A stretch of 64,000 nucleotides of DNA from Antechinus flavipes (taxonomy: Eukaryota), in contig NC_067400.1 of NCBI RefSeq assembly GCF_016432865.1, forward strand, positions 333,126,001 through 333,190,000. The letters are read 5' to 3'. Positions within the stretch are counted from its first letter, which is position 1, and each line of letters begins with the position of its first letter. Both the position numbers and the translations under genes were made by a program. Below, piece after piece: positions 37,675-50,380 of this stretch. Below the pieces are notes generated by a model, which made no database searches, had not been told where the DNA came from, and saw only the letters and a program-made list of their open reading frames with translations.

Positions 37675-38137
37675 TGTTGTAGAGCAGGAACTTTAAACAG
37701 TCCATCCTGTCTCCATTATCAGAACTTTAATCACCCATGGAGTTCCCATCTTCATACACAAAGGTAGACCAACTCCTGAGACTATCTTCATTAGTATACC
37801 TAAGACAGACTCAAACCTCTCAAATCTGCTCATTCATCACTGGTTAGGTAGCCATACATGCAGGTTTGTTAACTAGGATCCACCCTAACTCCCTAGATCC
37901 TGCTCTCACTCTCTGGCCCTCTTTCCTCTGAACCTTTCAAAGCCACTCACCCAGAACACATTGCTTAATCTCTTTGATTAGCCCATGGACCCTTTCATTT
38001 CAATAAAGGGCCTCCTTTGTGACTGAGACAAATGCCTGTATAAATTAAGGACTTGGGGGGAAAGATACTGATAGGGAAGGGACTAGATCATTAGGACCAT
38101 AGGGCATCCCCTAAGTCACTTGAAGGTCTTTATAACA
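37675..38137 (+). mobile_element. Probable solo LTR (about 460 bp)
   Basis: Termini tgttgta...tataaca (6/7 inverted match), aataaa at 38002-38007, interrupts the MIR tail. No clear TSD. Confidence 0.5.
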
Positions 38138-38209
38138 GACTTATGGAAATGCATGAAGGCAAGAGATGAATCTCCAAGTTCTAGAATATTGCAATTATAC
38201 TAGTCTAAG

Positions 38210-38470
38210 AATTGTTTGTCCTTCATTCTGGAAAAGGACCAATGACATTAGGAGGGATGATGTCTTGACATGCAAGGGAGATGCATTTAAGTGAGAGAGG
38301 GCTGTGCAGAGTCAGCAGCCTCAGTCTTTCTTCAGAGTCATCTGAGTCTGATGGCGAATCATAAGCCAGCATGATTGGAGATGACTCAGGATGCTGAGAA
38401 ACCTTGGCTTTTTTAAGCTCAGTTCTTTCCCAGGTCTTACTTTGAAGCAACACCCAAATGATGATTTAGG
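38210..38470 (+). mobile_element. RTE-related marsupial SINE (WALLSI-like)
   Basis: gttgtttgtccttcattc-type start (attgtttgtccttcattctggaaaaggaccaatgacattagg...atttaagtgagagagggctgtgcagagtc); homologous to 1210-1385. Orientation is as written. Confidence 0.75.
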
Positions 38471-39239
38471 CTACTACACATAAAGGGGAATAGTAGGCTT
38501 GGAATTGTAGGCTGGAATTAGATTATGAAAGGCTTTCACTATTAATCTGGAGACTTTGAATTTTGTCCTACAGGTAAAAAGGTGCTACTGAAGATTCTTG
38601 AGGAAAAGAATGATAGTCTTTAGAATGCTACTTTGACAGCTGTGTGGAGAAGGGATTAGAAAAAGAACCTAAAAAGCCAAAAGACCAGCCAAAAAGGCTA
38701 CAGTCCCAACTTTAGTCATCCTAGCCTCAATGTGATATCTATTTAACAAGGCAGTATAGTGTAGAAAGAAAAAAACACTGGATAATTGATACCATATTGT
38801 ATGTCTTCTTAATGACTGGGGGAAGGAAGGGAGGGAAAGAATTTGGAATTCAAATTTTTTAAACGAATACCATAAATAAAACATGTAATCCACCCCCCCC
38901 CCAAAAAAAAAAAACCCATTATATTGTTCTGACATCAGGTGTTTCTTGACCAAAAGAGAAAGCTTTTCATATCGCCATCAAAAATATATCCCTAGAGGAA
39001 AGAATACAGTTATAGTCTAAATTTGCCCCAAAGTAGAAATGGCTTTTATCATATCCTAGCCATATTTACACTTTTGGGGGGAGGTTCAAGAGGGGAAGTG
39101 CTATAAAAGAGAAGCATTGTGTATCTGAAGGAGGGAAGGGAAGAAAGGTGGTGGTGGTGGTGAAGAGGGCATTCAAGAACAAAATGCTAGAAACCATTGA
39201 AGTGTCAGATGGGTCACATTCACAATTTTATGAGTAAAG

Positions 39240-39450
39240 CTGCAATAGCTAGCATTTAAAGATTTATGAAGCACTCTAAATATTATCTCATTCTTTGATT
39301 TAATCTTCACAATAACATTGGAAGGTAAATGGTATGATTATCCCCAGTTTATAGATGAGGTAATAGGCCTTGCCCCAAGTCTGTGGCTGGATTTGAACTC
39401 TCAATGTTTTCCTGACTTCAAGTTCAATGCTTCACCAAGCTGCCTCACTG
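39240..39450 (-). mobile_element. MIR SINE
   Basis: ccccagtttatagatgagg...ggctggatttgaactc. Confidence 0.7.
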
Positions 39451-40229
39451 AGTTGAAGGAGGAAGAATGAAGATACATCACAACTGAAGTGACAATGAAA
39501 AGTAGAGAAAAAAATCCAAAGCCCTGTCTTTGACATAGGATGTTACCCAGAATCATCCCAAGCTGTTGTTTTCCCATTCTAATAGCCATGGGTAAGAGTT
39601 GTAGCCAAAGGATTTCTGCCACCGTGGAAGACCACTGTGATTCAGATGAGAGAATTGAGTTTGCCTCATTAATCTTTATGGACAGAGAAACTGATGCAGC
39701 AGACAAGCTGCCTTTATTCAGCTGACAAACAAACATCCAGGTAGAAAGGAAGCCCATCCAGCTTCCTTTCTCCTTTCTCTGTTATCTCCTTATTGCTCCA
39801 TCCTCTGCATTTAGAATTCCCTGAGGGGAGGGGGACAAATTAAATCAGAGAGTTGTTTTCTTTATTTACTCACTAGTAAACTAGCTTATAGTCCCCTTCT
39901 TTTGTTTTTTATTGATGCCATTTATTCTATAGAATGTGATTGCCAAACCAGAGCTAGGGCAGGAACATGGCTTTCTAAAACCTTTGGGGCTTTTCCCACA
40001 GACTGTGGTATGTATCATTTGTTTTCTTTCTGCTTTTAATTAAATCTAGCCACCTTCACTGTATTTTTCTCATTAATAATTTGCCTAATAGGAGTTTGAG
40101 GGCCCAGGCACCCTCTAGCATAACATAATAACACGCTGTTTTTTACACACACACACAGGTTGAGGGAGAGGAAAGAGAATAATATAAACCAAAGTTTCTT
40201 GATTCGTGAATTGCTACTCCACATTTCAT

Positions 40230-40470
40230 CACAAAATTGAATGTAGGAGTCACAAAATTATGATTAATTATTAATAAATGTTTGATTTGTATACCTATTT
40301 TTATATACCCACATAGCCATAACTGAATGTTTGGAATGCAAAATTATGATTTATTATCAGTAAATGTTTGATTTGTATACCTATTTTATATACCTATATA
40401 TATCCAGAATCATATAAAAATTTCTCATGTGAAAAGTGGTGGTGAATGGAAAAGGTTTAAGGAAGCCTGG
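40230..40470. mobile_element. hAT-like MITE with an internal duplication (about 86-bp period)
   Basis: caaaattatgatt...aaatgtttgatttgtatacctattt..atatacc occurs at 40253-40309 and 40339-40394. Ends ggaaaaggtttaaggaagcctg, resembling a hAT terminus. Confidence 0.6.
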
Positions 40471-40571
40471 TATAAACTATGCATTTAAAAGCTATTATCT
40501 TGCACTGACCCAGAACCTCAATTCAAAGTTGGTGAAACCCTTGGCAAGTCACCTAACCCTGAATGCCTCAA

Positions 40572-40572
<1 letters not shown>

Positions 40573-40629
<57 letters not shown>
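40573..40629. repeat. (AC)n microsatellite (about 28 units)
   Basis: Direct reading. Confidence 0.95.
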
Positions 40630-40631
<2 letters not shown>

Positions 40632-40834
40632 TTTTGAACCTTACCTCTGCTGCCTGGGTAAAGTTGTCCAAAAGTTTGAAAAGTAAGGGTTAATCTGGAT
40701 AGCAAGGGAAGCTTTTAGCTGCCCCACCTCCACCTGCTATTTAGAATTCTTTCATTATTTGATCATTCATTCACCAAATATCTATTAAGTACCTACTTTG
40801 TTTCAGACACTGTATTGGGAAGGGGGTATAGGTT

Positions 40835-41215
40835 TTGTCCAGGGAAAGCTAGTACCTCTAAGGTGAGTGCTTCTGGACCCTTTACAGGCTGCTTTCCACA
40901 TTTGGTATCCACCTGATCTACACTAATTCTACCTCTGGCTCTAAGAAACTGTAGCAAACACAGGGATCACACTTTGGTAAACCGTTTGAGCAGATGGGCT
41001 AAACCAGGATGAGGGTAACTAAATGTAGCCCCAGTCATGTAAAGACTTCCCCTGGTGGAATGGGCAGCTGATAATAATTTGTTCCAGTGTCCATGAAGGC
41101 AGGTGAAGCACGTATTGTGGAGCCCTTAGAGTTTGGTTAGACATCAAAGACATCAAGGTCATCCATTGCATCTCAAGTGATCACCAGTCACCTTGATTCT
41201 GTCCTGCCATTGGAC
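40835..41215 (-). mobile_element. RTE-related marsupial SINE / RTE 5' region (WALLSI-like)
   Basis: gcagatgggctaaaccagg...aagacttcccctggtggaatggg...aaggtcatccattgcatc...cttgattctgtcctgccattggac. Its right end is reverse-complement-related to the 38210-38470 family. Confidence 0.7.
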
Positions 41216-42149
41216 AGAAGAGGGAATAAGGGAGGGGTGCCATTATAAAAGTTGAGGAGGCAATATGTTCCAAATTTGGGAGACAGCCTAGGCATAGAGA
41301 CAGTGTGATAGACATCACTACTGTACTTGTGGCTGGTATGTGGGCAGGTGCTTGTGATATTTGTAGACACTTAAAAATGTTTCAGTTTGAAGGTTAGGGC
41401 AGGTAGATCTGCCATTTAGATACACTACCAATAGGCAAAAAAATAAAAAAATTAGGGTATGTGAATAGCTATTATGGCCCTTCCCCCTCCCTATCTGTGA
41501 TTCCCCCTTTTCTTTCTCCCCTTAATGAAGCCCTGCTTGTTGAATCATCTCCATTATAAATAGAGTTCTCAGTAAGGATATTATGGTATTTGTACATGAG
41601 TTTTAAGAACTAAAAGCTGTTCATAACATTATTGATTTAGATCTAAAAGGACCTTAAAGACCAACTGGCCTATATCATTTTCCATCTGAAGAAATTCAGG
41701 ACTTTGAGAAATTAATTGACTTGTAGATCATACAAATAATAGTGATTTAAACTATGTCTTCTGATTCCCAAGTCCATTTTTCCTTCCTGGATATAGCACA
41801 TCTTAGAATAAATGAATTTGTTTCTTGCTTCTTCCTACTGGTATATTGTGTATAATTATGTGGTAATTTCTTTATGCAATATATGATAATTATCTTATAA
41901 AGAATGACAAATAACTCACCAGAAAATCCTAAAATAAGAATAAAGGAGGCAGACACCAGACTAGTGTCTATTATCTGTAGTGAGAAAAGTGCCACAGTTT
42001 TCTCACTTTGCTAATTCAACGATGAAAACTTAAAATTTCTTTTTAAATAAATAAGTCAAAGGGAGAAAAGAATCCAATTCCAGGATCTGCCTTTTTACTT
42101 AGCCTATAGACCTCCCTCAATAAAAGTATCATGACCCTAAGAGACAATT

Positions 42150-42570
42150 GTTTTGATTGCTACATCTTTTTGGCCTTCAAAGCCCTGTATAACCTAAACT
42201 CTTCCTAAGTTTCTACTCTTAGACCTTACTCCCTGCCATGTTTTCTTTGATCCAGTAACACCAGTCTCCTTATTGTTCCACAAACAACAAATTTCATTTC
42301 TTGGCTCTGGGCATTTTCTCTGGCTGTCTCTTATCCTTGGAATGAACTTCCCTTCTCAATTCTGCCTACTGCCTTCTCTGCTTTTCTTTAAGTATCAATA
42401 ATAATCCTACCTTGTATAGAAAGCCTTTCACAAATTCTCTTAATTCTAATGATTCCCCTCTGTTAACTGCTTTCTATTTTTCCTGTATATAGCTTCTTTG
42501 TATATAATTGTTTGTGGGTTGATACCCCTGTTTTACCCTTGAGAGCATTTAATAAATGTTTATTGAGTGG
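42150..42570 (+). mobile_element. L2 3' fragment
   Basis: tggccttcaaagccctgtataacct...cattttctctggctgtctc...ccttggaatg. Confidence 0.75.
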
Positions 42571-42739
42571 TTGTTGCAATGTTCTCTTATATTACTTTGA
42601 GTTGGATTGTCAATAAACCACTACCTTTTCCATGACCATGAAAGAGCCAGCTGGTATAACTTGGTCAAAGAGAACATAGTTCAAAATAATCATATACTAA
42701 TGCTTTTAATAGATATTTGACTTATATTGAACCATATGG

Positions 42740-43085
42740 TCATGGAAAAGACACTCCATTTCTTGGCTTTGGCATTTTCTTGACTGGACTACTTTCCCTT
42801 CTCATTTCCACTATTGTTCTTCCTGGCTTCCTTTAAGTTCCAACTACAATCTCACATCCTACAGAAAACCTTTCCCAACCCCTTTTATTGTGCTTTTCCT
42901 CTGTTAATTCCTTTTAATCTTGCATATAGCTTCTTTGTATTTGTTTCCATTGCAGTTGTCTACTGTATTGGATTGTGAGTTCCTTAAGGGCAGGGACAGT
43001 TTTTTGCCTCTTTTTATATCCTACTCACTTAACATAGCATCTGGCATGTAGTAAACACCTAATAAAAGTTTACTGTTTGGTTGAT
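42740..43085 (+). mobile_element. L2 3' end
   Basis: gattgtgagttccttaagggcagggacagt...acatagcatctggcatgtagtaaacacctaataaaag. Confidence 0.75.
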
Positions 43086-44009
43086 CCATCTTCTACTCCT
43101 GTTGCTTTGAGCTAGATTTTCACTAGCCCTCTAGCTTCTGGGTAGATGGTCCAACATAAGCCCCACACTCATTAAAAACATTGGCATGAAATCAGTTCAA
43201 ATTTTTGTTATTGTTTTGGAGAGTATCTAAGATTTTGTTTAAACAGGAAACTCCCTTTGCTAAGGCAAATCACGGTTTTGGAGGCACTGGCAGGTGACTT
43301 GCCCAGGGACACTCAGGCAGTATGTGTCAAAGAGAACCCAGATTCTAATCCAGGCTCCAAAACCATTTCTTTCCCTACGATAAAATGTGACCTTTCCAGC
43401 TCTGAATTTTTAACTTCCCCCATAAAAAACAAGATTCTAGGCTGGATGGAGCTCTTTTTGTCTGGCTTCTCCCTCTGTTCCTCATCCCCTCCCTTTCCCT
43501 AAGGTTCATTTTTGTATCAGTATATTGTGTCCCCAATGGTCACCTTTCAGAGCAAAATTACTCATGGGACTATGTGGCAGATTGTTCATGACAGAGATGA
43601 AAGAGGATGAAAGGAACCTAAATAAAGAAAGGTTACAAGGTCCCTCTGTTAGTTTGTTCTCTGATCTCCAGTGGGAGACAAACCAGATATCAACAACAGC
43701 AATCTGGAGATCAAAACCAGGCGAGAACTCAGCAGACAACTAATGAGTCAAGGAAGAGGCGCAACTCATATGGACCTAACATCTCATGTGTCTCTGTAGC
43801 CATAATCCCAGTGCTCAGCAGGTCACCTCAGAAATATGGACCACAAAGGAAATGGGGATTTATGTAAACACCAAGCAACACGCAGTTCTGAAACTCATTT
43901 CCTTTAGGAGCCAGCTGGAGAGCCTTCATCTGTCAGATCCACATGAAAACCCCCAGACATTGTTCTGCGATTTCATACCATATTAGAGTTGGAAGGAAGG
44001 AAGTTGGAA

Positions 44010-44525
44010 CTAAGTGAGCATTTAGCCCAATCCTCATATTGTATTCTCTTTTTAACACCCTTAATAACTTGGCCCCTTCCTGACTTTCCACCCCATCACA
44101 TATTCTGTGATCTAGTGACACTGGATTTCTTCTTTTCCTTTCCTGTGAAACAGCATCTCTAAATATTCACACTGCCTTTCCCCCATGCCTATAGTTTTCT
44201 CCCTCCTCATCTCTACCTCCTTCGGGTATCGGCTTCAAGTCCCACCTCCTGCAAGAACTTTTTTTAGTAGTCTTGCATTATCCTATGCCTTCCTTCTGAG
44301 GTTACCTCCAATATATTCTGTGTATATCTTGTTTGTACATAGCTGTTTACATATTGTTTCTTGAAAGACTGTTCCTTAGATCTCCTTGAGGGCAGGGACT
44401 GTGATTTTGGTTTGTTTTTTTTTTCTTTGGGTGTTTTTGTTTTTGTTTTGTTTTGTTTTTTTGCCTTTCTCTTGTATCCAGAGCACATTACCTGGCACAG
44501 AGGTGACACTTAATAAATGCATTTT
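44010..44525 (+). mobile_element. L2 3' end
   Basis: ctccttgagggcagggactgtg...gcacagaggtgacacttaataaatgc. Confidence 0.75.
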
Positions 44526-45959
44526 GAGTGAAACAGATGAGAAAACTGACATTACATGGCTTGCTGAAGGTTTTAAATTTAGAGCATGAAATGGATCCTT
44601 TGGGCCATCTTGTCCAATTCCTTTATTTTACAGATGATGAAACTAAGGCCCAAGGAGAATGACTTGGGAATGACTTAACTAAGATCACACAGGTAATAGG
44701 TGACAGAGCTGGAATTTAAACTGAGGTCCAGCATTTTTCCCCACTGCATGATCAGTCCAGCAGCTATCCAGTAGGAGAGCAAGAATTTTAACCAAAGTCT
44801 TCTAACAGTTTATCATTTTTCTACTATATCGAATTGATTCTTTATTGAATTACAAAAGGACCCATGTGAAGGGAATAATAATTCTCTTATTCCTGTTAAT
44901 AGTCATTAATGTGGAATAAAAAAATATTTAGCTCCACACAAAGCTGAAAGAATTGGGATTCCATATTCCCTTTCCCAAATCAAACCAACAATGAATTCAG
45001 TAGATCAAAGACTTGTAATTTCTTAGTTCTAGTAAACCTCTTCCCCAAATCAGATAATGATCCATTTGTAACTTGAGTCTTAAGTTCAATGAGTTGCAAG
45101 AGCTACAGCATAATAAAAGTTAGAGGTAGCATTTGAATGTAATATTCCTTTTTTATTTTTATTGAATTTTGTACGTTAACATAAAACAAAATGTTTTTGT
45201 CTTTATAATTCTGTTGTCGGTGCATAAATTGTTCTTTTGGTCCTCAGTCTGCTTACTTGATTTTGTATTATTCTCTGAAATGATCTCTTATGACAGAATT
45301 ATATTCTATTACATTCAGATGCCACAATTTGCTCCACCGTTGCCCAATTGATAGGTATACCTTTATATATTGCATTTCTTTTCTTTTTCCTTTTTTAATC
45401 CTCCCTTTCAACAAGCAATTTACTTTGCTTGTTACTATCCATTCCTCAGTATTCTCCTTCCTCTTTACAATCTCTCTCCATCCCTATTTATTTACTTGTT
45501 GAGTTTGATATATTTTTTTCATTTAGCTATGTTTATATTAAATCCAGGTCTTCCTGACTCCAGAACCAGAAATTTATCCACTGTTTCATACTACCTCTTT
45601 ATCAGACTGAATCTTAATCAATCAATATTTATTAAATTATTATTGTGTGATTGTTGGAAATATATATATATGTGTGTATTATATATATATATATATATAT
45701 ACACATATGTGTATACATACAATGACTCAATAATTTAGGTTTAAAACAAAATCCTACAAGCAAAAATCAAATTGAAAATGAATATTGTAATTATATTCCA
45801 CATATATGATCTCAGAGAAGAGACTTGAGATACAAATTACATATAGATCTGCTTTGAGGAAAAGACCTCCTATACCTAAGAAATCCTAGGTCTTTGATCT
45901 ATTGACGTTATTGTTGGTTTAATTTGGAAAGGGAGTATTGTTTCCCATTCCTCTCAGCT

Positions 45960-46745
45960 CTCTTATTCCATATTATTTAATCAGTATAGTAGTGTTGTTG
46001 GTGGAGCTGATAATCAGTCCAGCCACTATGGAAAGCAATTTGGAATTATGCAAATAAAGTGACTGTGCTGATAGTACCATTGACTTAGAGATTCTACTAC
46101 TAGGTATATACCCCAAGGAGATCATAGATAAGAAGAGCTTCCTTGTAAAACAAAATATTTATAGCAGCATTGATTGTAATATGAAAGAACTGAAAATACA
46201 GTATGTGTTCAGGGACTGGGGAATAGGAAAACAAGCTGTGATACCTGAGAGTAATAGAATATTAGTGTGCTGTTAGAAACAGTGAATATAATGGTATATA
46301 GGGAAATAAGAAAACCTTCCTTACATGAATTGTTGAAGAGTGAAATAAGCAGAGTCATGAAAAAAAGATGTATACAATGACTCAAAATGCAAGTCAGAAA
46401 AAAACACACAAACAAAATTTGTAAAATGAATGTTGCAACACAGCATATATGACCTCAAAGAGATATGACATGTTATCCCCATACTACTCACACTAATCTT
46501 TTGCAGAGATAGAAAGTCCACAGGCATGGAGTATTGTATATGTTTTCAGACTTTTGCTGATCTTTTTCTCTCTTTTTCTGTCTTCTCTTTCTGTCTCTTT
46601 GTCTCTCTCTCTCTCACACACAGAGTATTTGTTTTGTGAGAATGAATCTCTGGAAACGAAAGCACAGATACTAGGAGAAATTTTTATGTTATAAAAACAA
46701 AGGATACTAATAAAAATATTTTAAAATGAGAAACAAAACAAAAAA
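45960..46745 (+). mobile_element. Old L1 3' fragment (ORF2 end plus 3' UTR)
   Basis: ggaaagcaatttggaattatgc...gattctactactaggtatataccccaaggagatc...aaaatatttatagcagca. Confidence 0.8.
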
Positions 46746-47829
46746 GGAATATTTCATATGTGTTGCTGTCTGCCGGGTTCTATGGATAATGAAGGGGCAG
46801 GAAAAAAAGCCCTGCTCCCTGCCCTTAAGGAGTTTATAAATTCATTGGAGAGGCAAAACAAATACAAAATAATTAGAGAGCAGTATAAGGCACAATATAA
46901 TTGAGTGCTTAAGTAAATTAAGTGCTAAATGTTGGAGTTCCAGAGAAGAGAAATATAGTAAACTGCAAAGACTTTATGAAGGAAGCTAGACTTTGGAGCA
47001 TGGGTTACATGTGAATAAACAGAATTACAAAACTGTAGAAGAGTTGTGAGAAACCTTAAAGGACATATTTTTCAAATCCCACATTTTGCAGATGTGAAGT
47101 AAAGTGACTTATCCCGAGGTCACATAAGAATTGAGTGATAGAGCAGGAACAAAACAGAGCCTTATTGAGCAGCTGAGTGGCAGGTTCAAGGTAGTGTTTT
47201 AGCAATTCACAGGTGTGAAGGATGGAGTTGAATGGGGATGAGATCACTTAAAAAGCTATTGCAAAAATCTAAGCAAGAGACAATGGGAGTATGGGCTATT
47301 GGGAATGAAAATGAAGAGGGGCAGACATGAGATGTTTTGCAGGATAGGAAGGACTTGGTGTCTGATTGTATGTGTGTGTGCATGTTGCGTGTGACATGCT
47401 ATGTTTATGTGCCAATTGGGCTATACTGAGATCAGGAGAAATAATAGAGGAGTCAGACCATGAACCTGGTTTTGCCCATTCAGGACCTCAGTGGGTGGTT
47501 AGCCTGAGGGTTTGTTAAAATGTGTTTGTTTGTAAAATAGCTGAAGCCAAGGATCAGACATCTGTTCTCCATCCCTCACCCCTCATGAAGGTACTTCATG
47601 TGACAATCACATTCACTGTCTCTATGGGAAGAAGTTGTACCTAGAGATTAGCAGCTACAGATCTTGGGCAAGAGCTGAAGACAGCAGTCTGAATAGCATT
47701 GATGGAAACTACCTGGTCAGCTTTGGATGCCTACAGTGTTTTATGGTCCCTGGAAACCCTTTCCCAGCCCTATTCAAAGAAAAAAAAAAAAGATTTGGAA
47801 TGAGAAAAATGGCCCCAGTGAGATAATAA

Positions 47830-48420
47830 AATCTTATAATTGGAAAGAACCTTACAGGTTATCTAGTTCAACCTCCCACCCAATGCAATAACCCTTGCTG
47901 CAGCATCCCTGATGGATGGCCATCTGGCCTCCACTTGATATCTCCATTGATAAGAAACTCATTGCTTCCCTGGACAACCAATTCCATTGTTGGACAGTTA
48001 AAAAAAAAAAAAAGCTCTTTATTTTGTTGAACCCAAATAAATATCCTCACTCTGTCCCTGTAATTTCTACCTTTTGGTCTGTTTGCTCTCTTTTAACAAT
48101 ATAGATATAATCTCATTTTCCATAAAATAATCTTTTAGATATTTGAAGACTTAACATATCTTACTCTAGTTCATTTTTGTCTATTTGGATCAACTAGTCT
48201 CAGTCATTTTTATCATTCCTCCTAATACATGGTTTCAAAACTCTTTACCATATTAGTTATTTTTATCTCAATTCACTGTGGTCAGTCAACAGCTCCCTTA
48301 TGAGAAGATAACCAGAAATAAACAAAGTACTACTCTAGCTGTGGCCCGACTGGCATAGGACATGGTCACTTCTGTTGATCTGAATTATATACCATAGACT
48401 ATATTCAAATAACTCATATT
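47830..48420 (-). mobile_element. CR1/L3 3' fragment
   Basis: ggttatctagttcaacctccc...gatggccatctggcctccacttga...ccaattccattgttggacag matches the antisense L3 3' end. Confidence 0.65.
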
Positions 48421-49414
48421 TAAGAATGCTAGATAGGATATAAAAGCAGTATTAAGCATTTAGTAGGTGTCAGGCACTATGCTAAGTTCTGGAAATTTAA
48501 ATGCAAGCATGAGTCACAGCTTTCAAAAAGTTCACATTTTGATGAGAGAAGCCAACAGAGCTATTTTAATTTTGTTGATTTTATACTTTTTTTCAGAGTT
48601 AGAGTAGAAAAACGATAGAGAAAAAGAAAGATAGTGGAAGTTGTATTACAGAAACATGGCACAATGAATATGGTAGTACCAAAGATAAGGGTCAAGACTA
48701 CATTTAGTAAATACTCATGAATCAGACAACCAAGGTCTGAGGCAGAAGAATAGAGATGATGTCTCTTAAGACATGATCTCTTTCTGGATGGTAAAATTCA
48801 TTACAAAGCCAATCCACCTCTTTAAAATGATTTTCATGAGAAACACAGTAAATTTCTGGCTGATGTGGCCAAAAATAAATGCTTAATATTCTAAAATTCT
48901 GAAAATGCATCAGCCAAATTGTATAAAGAACTGCAAATTAATTGGAAAAGCTCTTCTTTCTGTTATAAAATGAATAAAATGATAAGGTTGTGGGTTTTTT
49001 TTATTATTCACAGACAGGTTAATCTGTGTTTGATCTGAAATCATAGCAAAGGAGTGAATTGAATGCCAAATGAGAAAACATAGTTTCTTCCAACTCTTAT
49101 GTTTTTAAGAACAAGACTTTTTGGTTTTCCTTGCAGCCAGATAACATGAGGCTTAACATTTTCAGTGAATGCCTGAAAACATCCTCTTGTAACCAAAACA
49201 AAAACAAAAATGGGGTTAGAGTCTAATGCCTTGCACAGCTCTCCTTGGTCCTGAATTTCCTCATATATAAAATGAAAGTGTTGGCTAAATCACTCCTAAA
49301 GTTTCTCTTAAATCCCAGTGAATAATCCTTTGATCCTATTGTTCAAAAGAATAAAACATCTTAATTTGAATTGAAAGAAATGGGAAAAAAATCCCACAGC
49401 AAATATGTGCAAAA

Positions 49415-49652
49415 ATGGCACAGGGGATAGAGCATTGGGTCTGAAGTCTTACTATTTCCTTAGTGTAAATCTGACCCCAAGTACAAGCTGTGTGACCCTG
49501 GCCAAATAACTTAATCCTGTTTGCCTCAGTTTCTTCATCTATAAAATGAGCCAGAGAAGGAAATGCTAAACCACTATAATATCTTTGCCAAGAAAATCCC
49601 AAATGGGGTCATGGAAGAGTCAGACATACCTGAAATAGTTAAATAAAAATAA
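49415..49652 (+). mobile_element. Mar1 CORE-SINE
   Basis: Core plus tail gagccagagaaggaaatgctaaaccactataatatctttgccaagaaaatcccaaatggggtcatggaagagtcagac. Confidence 0.85.
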
Positions 49653-50309
49653 CATAATATATGTATGAATATTTTATGTAATTGCATAATGATTTTCAGG
49701 GCATCTTTATATGTTTATTCCTTTAAAAATATCACTTTGGGAATATGGCATATATTGAAGGCTTGATCTACACAATGTCCTTCAATAGTAATAAGAAAGG
49801 ATTCATTTTAATCTTCTGAGTGTAAATATTTTCTAAGAAGATTTTGATGATTGGCCATTATTTGCTAAAATGAGCACTAGATTAGCAAATTACCAGTCAG
49901 GAGGAACGATGGACTTCTTAGATTCAGACTTGAAAGATCATGAGAGACAAGTTTAGGAGGAGTTTCCAGAGAGAATCAAAGAATACAATACTAGTTCATC
50001 TAACTAGTCAAGAAATGTGGTCCCCAAAGGCATCATTGCAGAGCCCTGTCCTCTCTATGTGTGTTAAATTTGTATTCCTGCTTAAGGCACTTACCAATTA
50101 GGTGTGATACAAGTGCAAACTGGACTCCTTGCAAGAGGATAATGGGAAGGGTTTTGAAAATACTCTCTACCCTCTGGTTTATTAAAGAAAATAAAGTGTT
50201 CTTTGACAGGATGAAAAGTTAGCCCAAAAAGGTATAAAAGAAGGAACTGTAGAAATTTCATGTCAAGAGGTAGGCAAGTATAAGAATATGACATAAGAAA
50301 GAAATGAAT

Positions 50310-50380
50310 GAAGGAGGGAGGGAGGCTGGAAGGAAGGAAGGAAGGAAGCAAGCAAGGAAGCAAGGAAGGAAGGAAAGAGA
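50310..50380. repeat. (GGAA)n-type microsatellite
   Basis: Direct reading. Confidence 0.9.

Noticed and set aside
39586-39594. FAK/PTK2 PWR microexon (CCATGG...)
   Set aside because: Only 6 nt precede the GT donor (PWR needs 9), and no neighbouring PTK2 exons are recognisable in the window.
48722-48910. Minus-strand exon-like ORF (PEIYCVSHENHFKEVDWLCNEFYHPERDHVLRDII)
   Set aside because: Weak acceptor, no donor, no recognisable homology; within chance expectation.
49990-50070. Possible CR1 RT remnant (VPQGSVLGP-like)
   Set aside because: Too short and degenerate to support a call.
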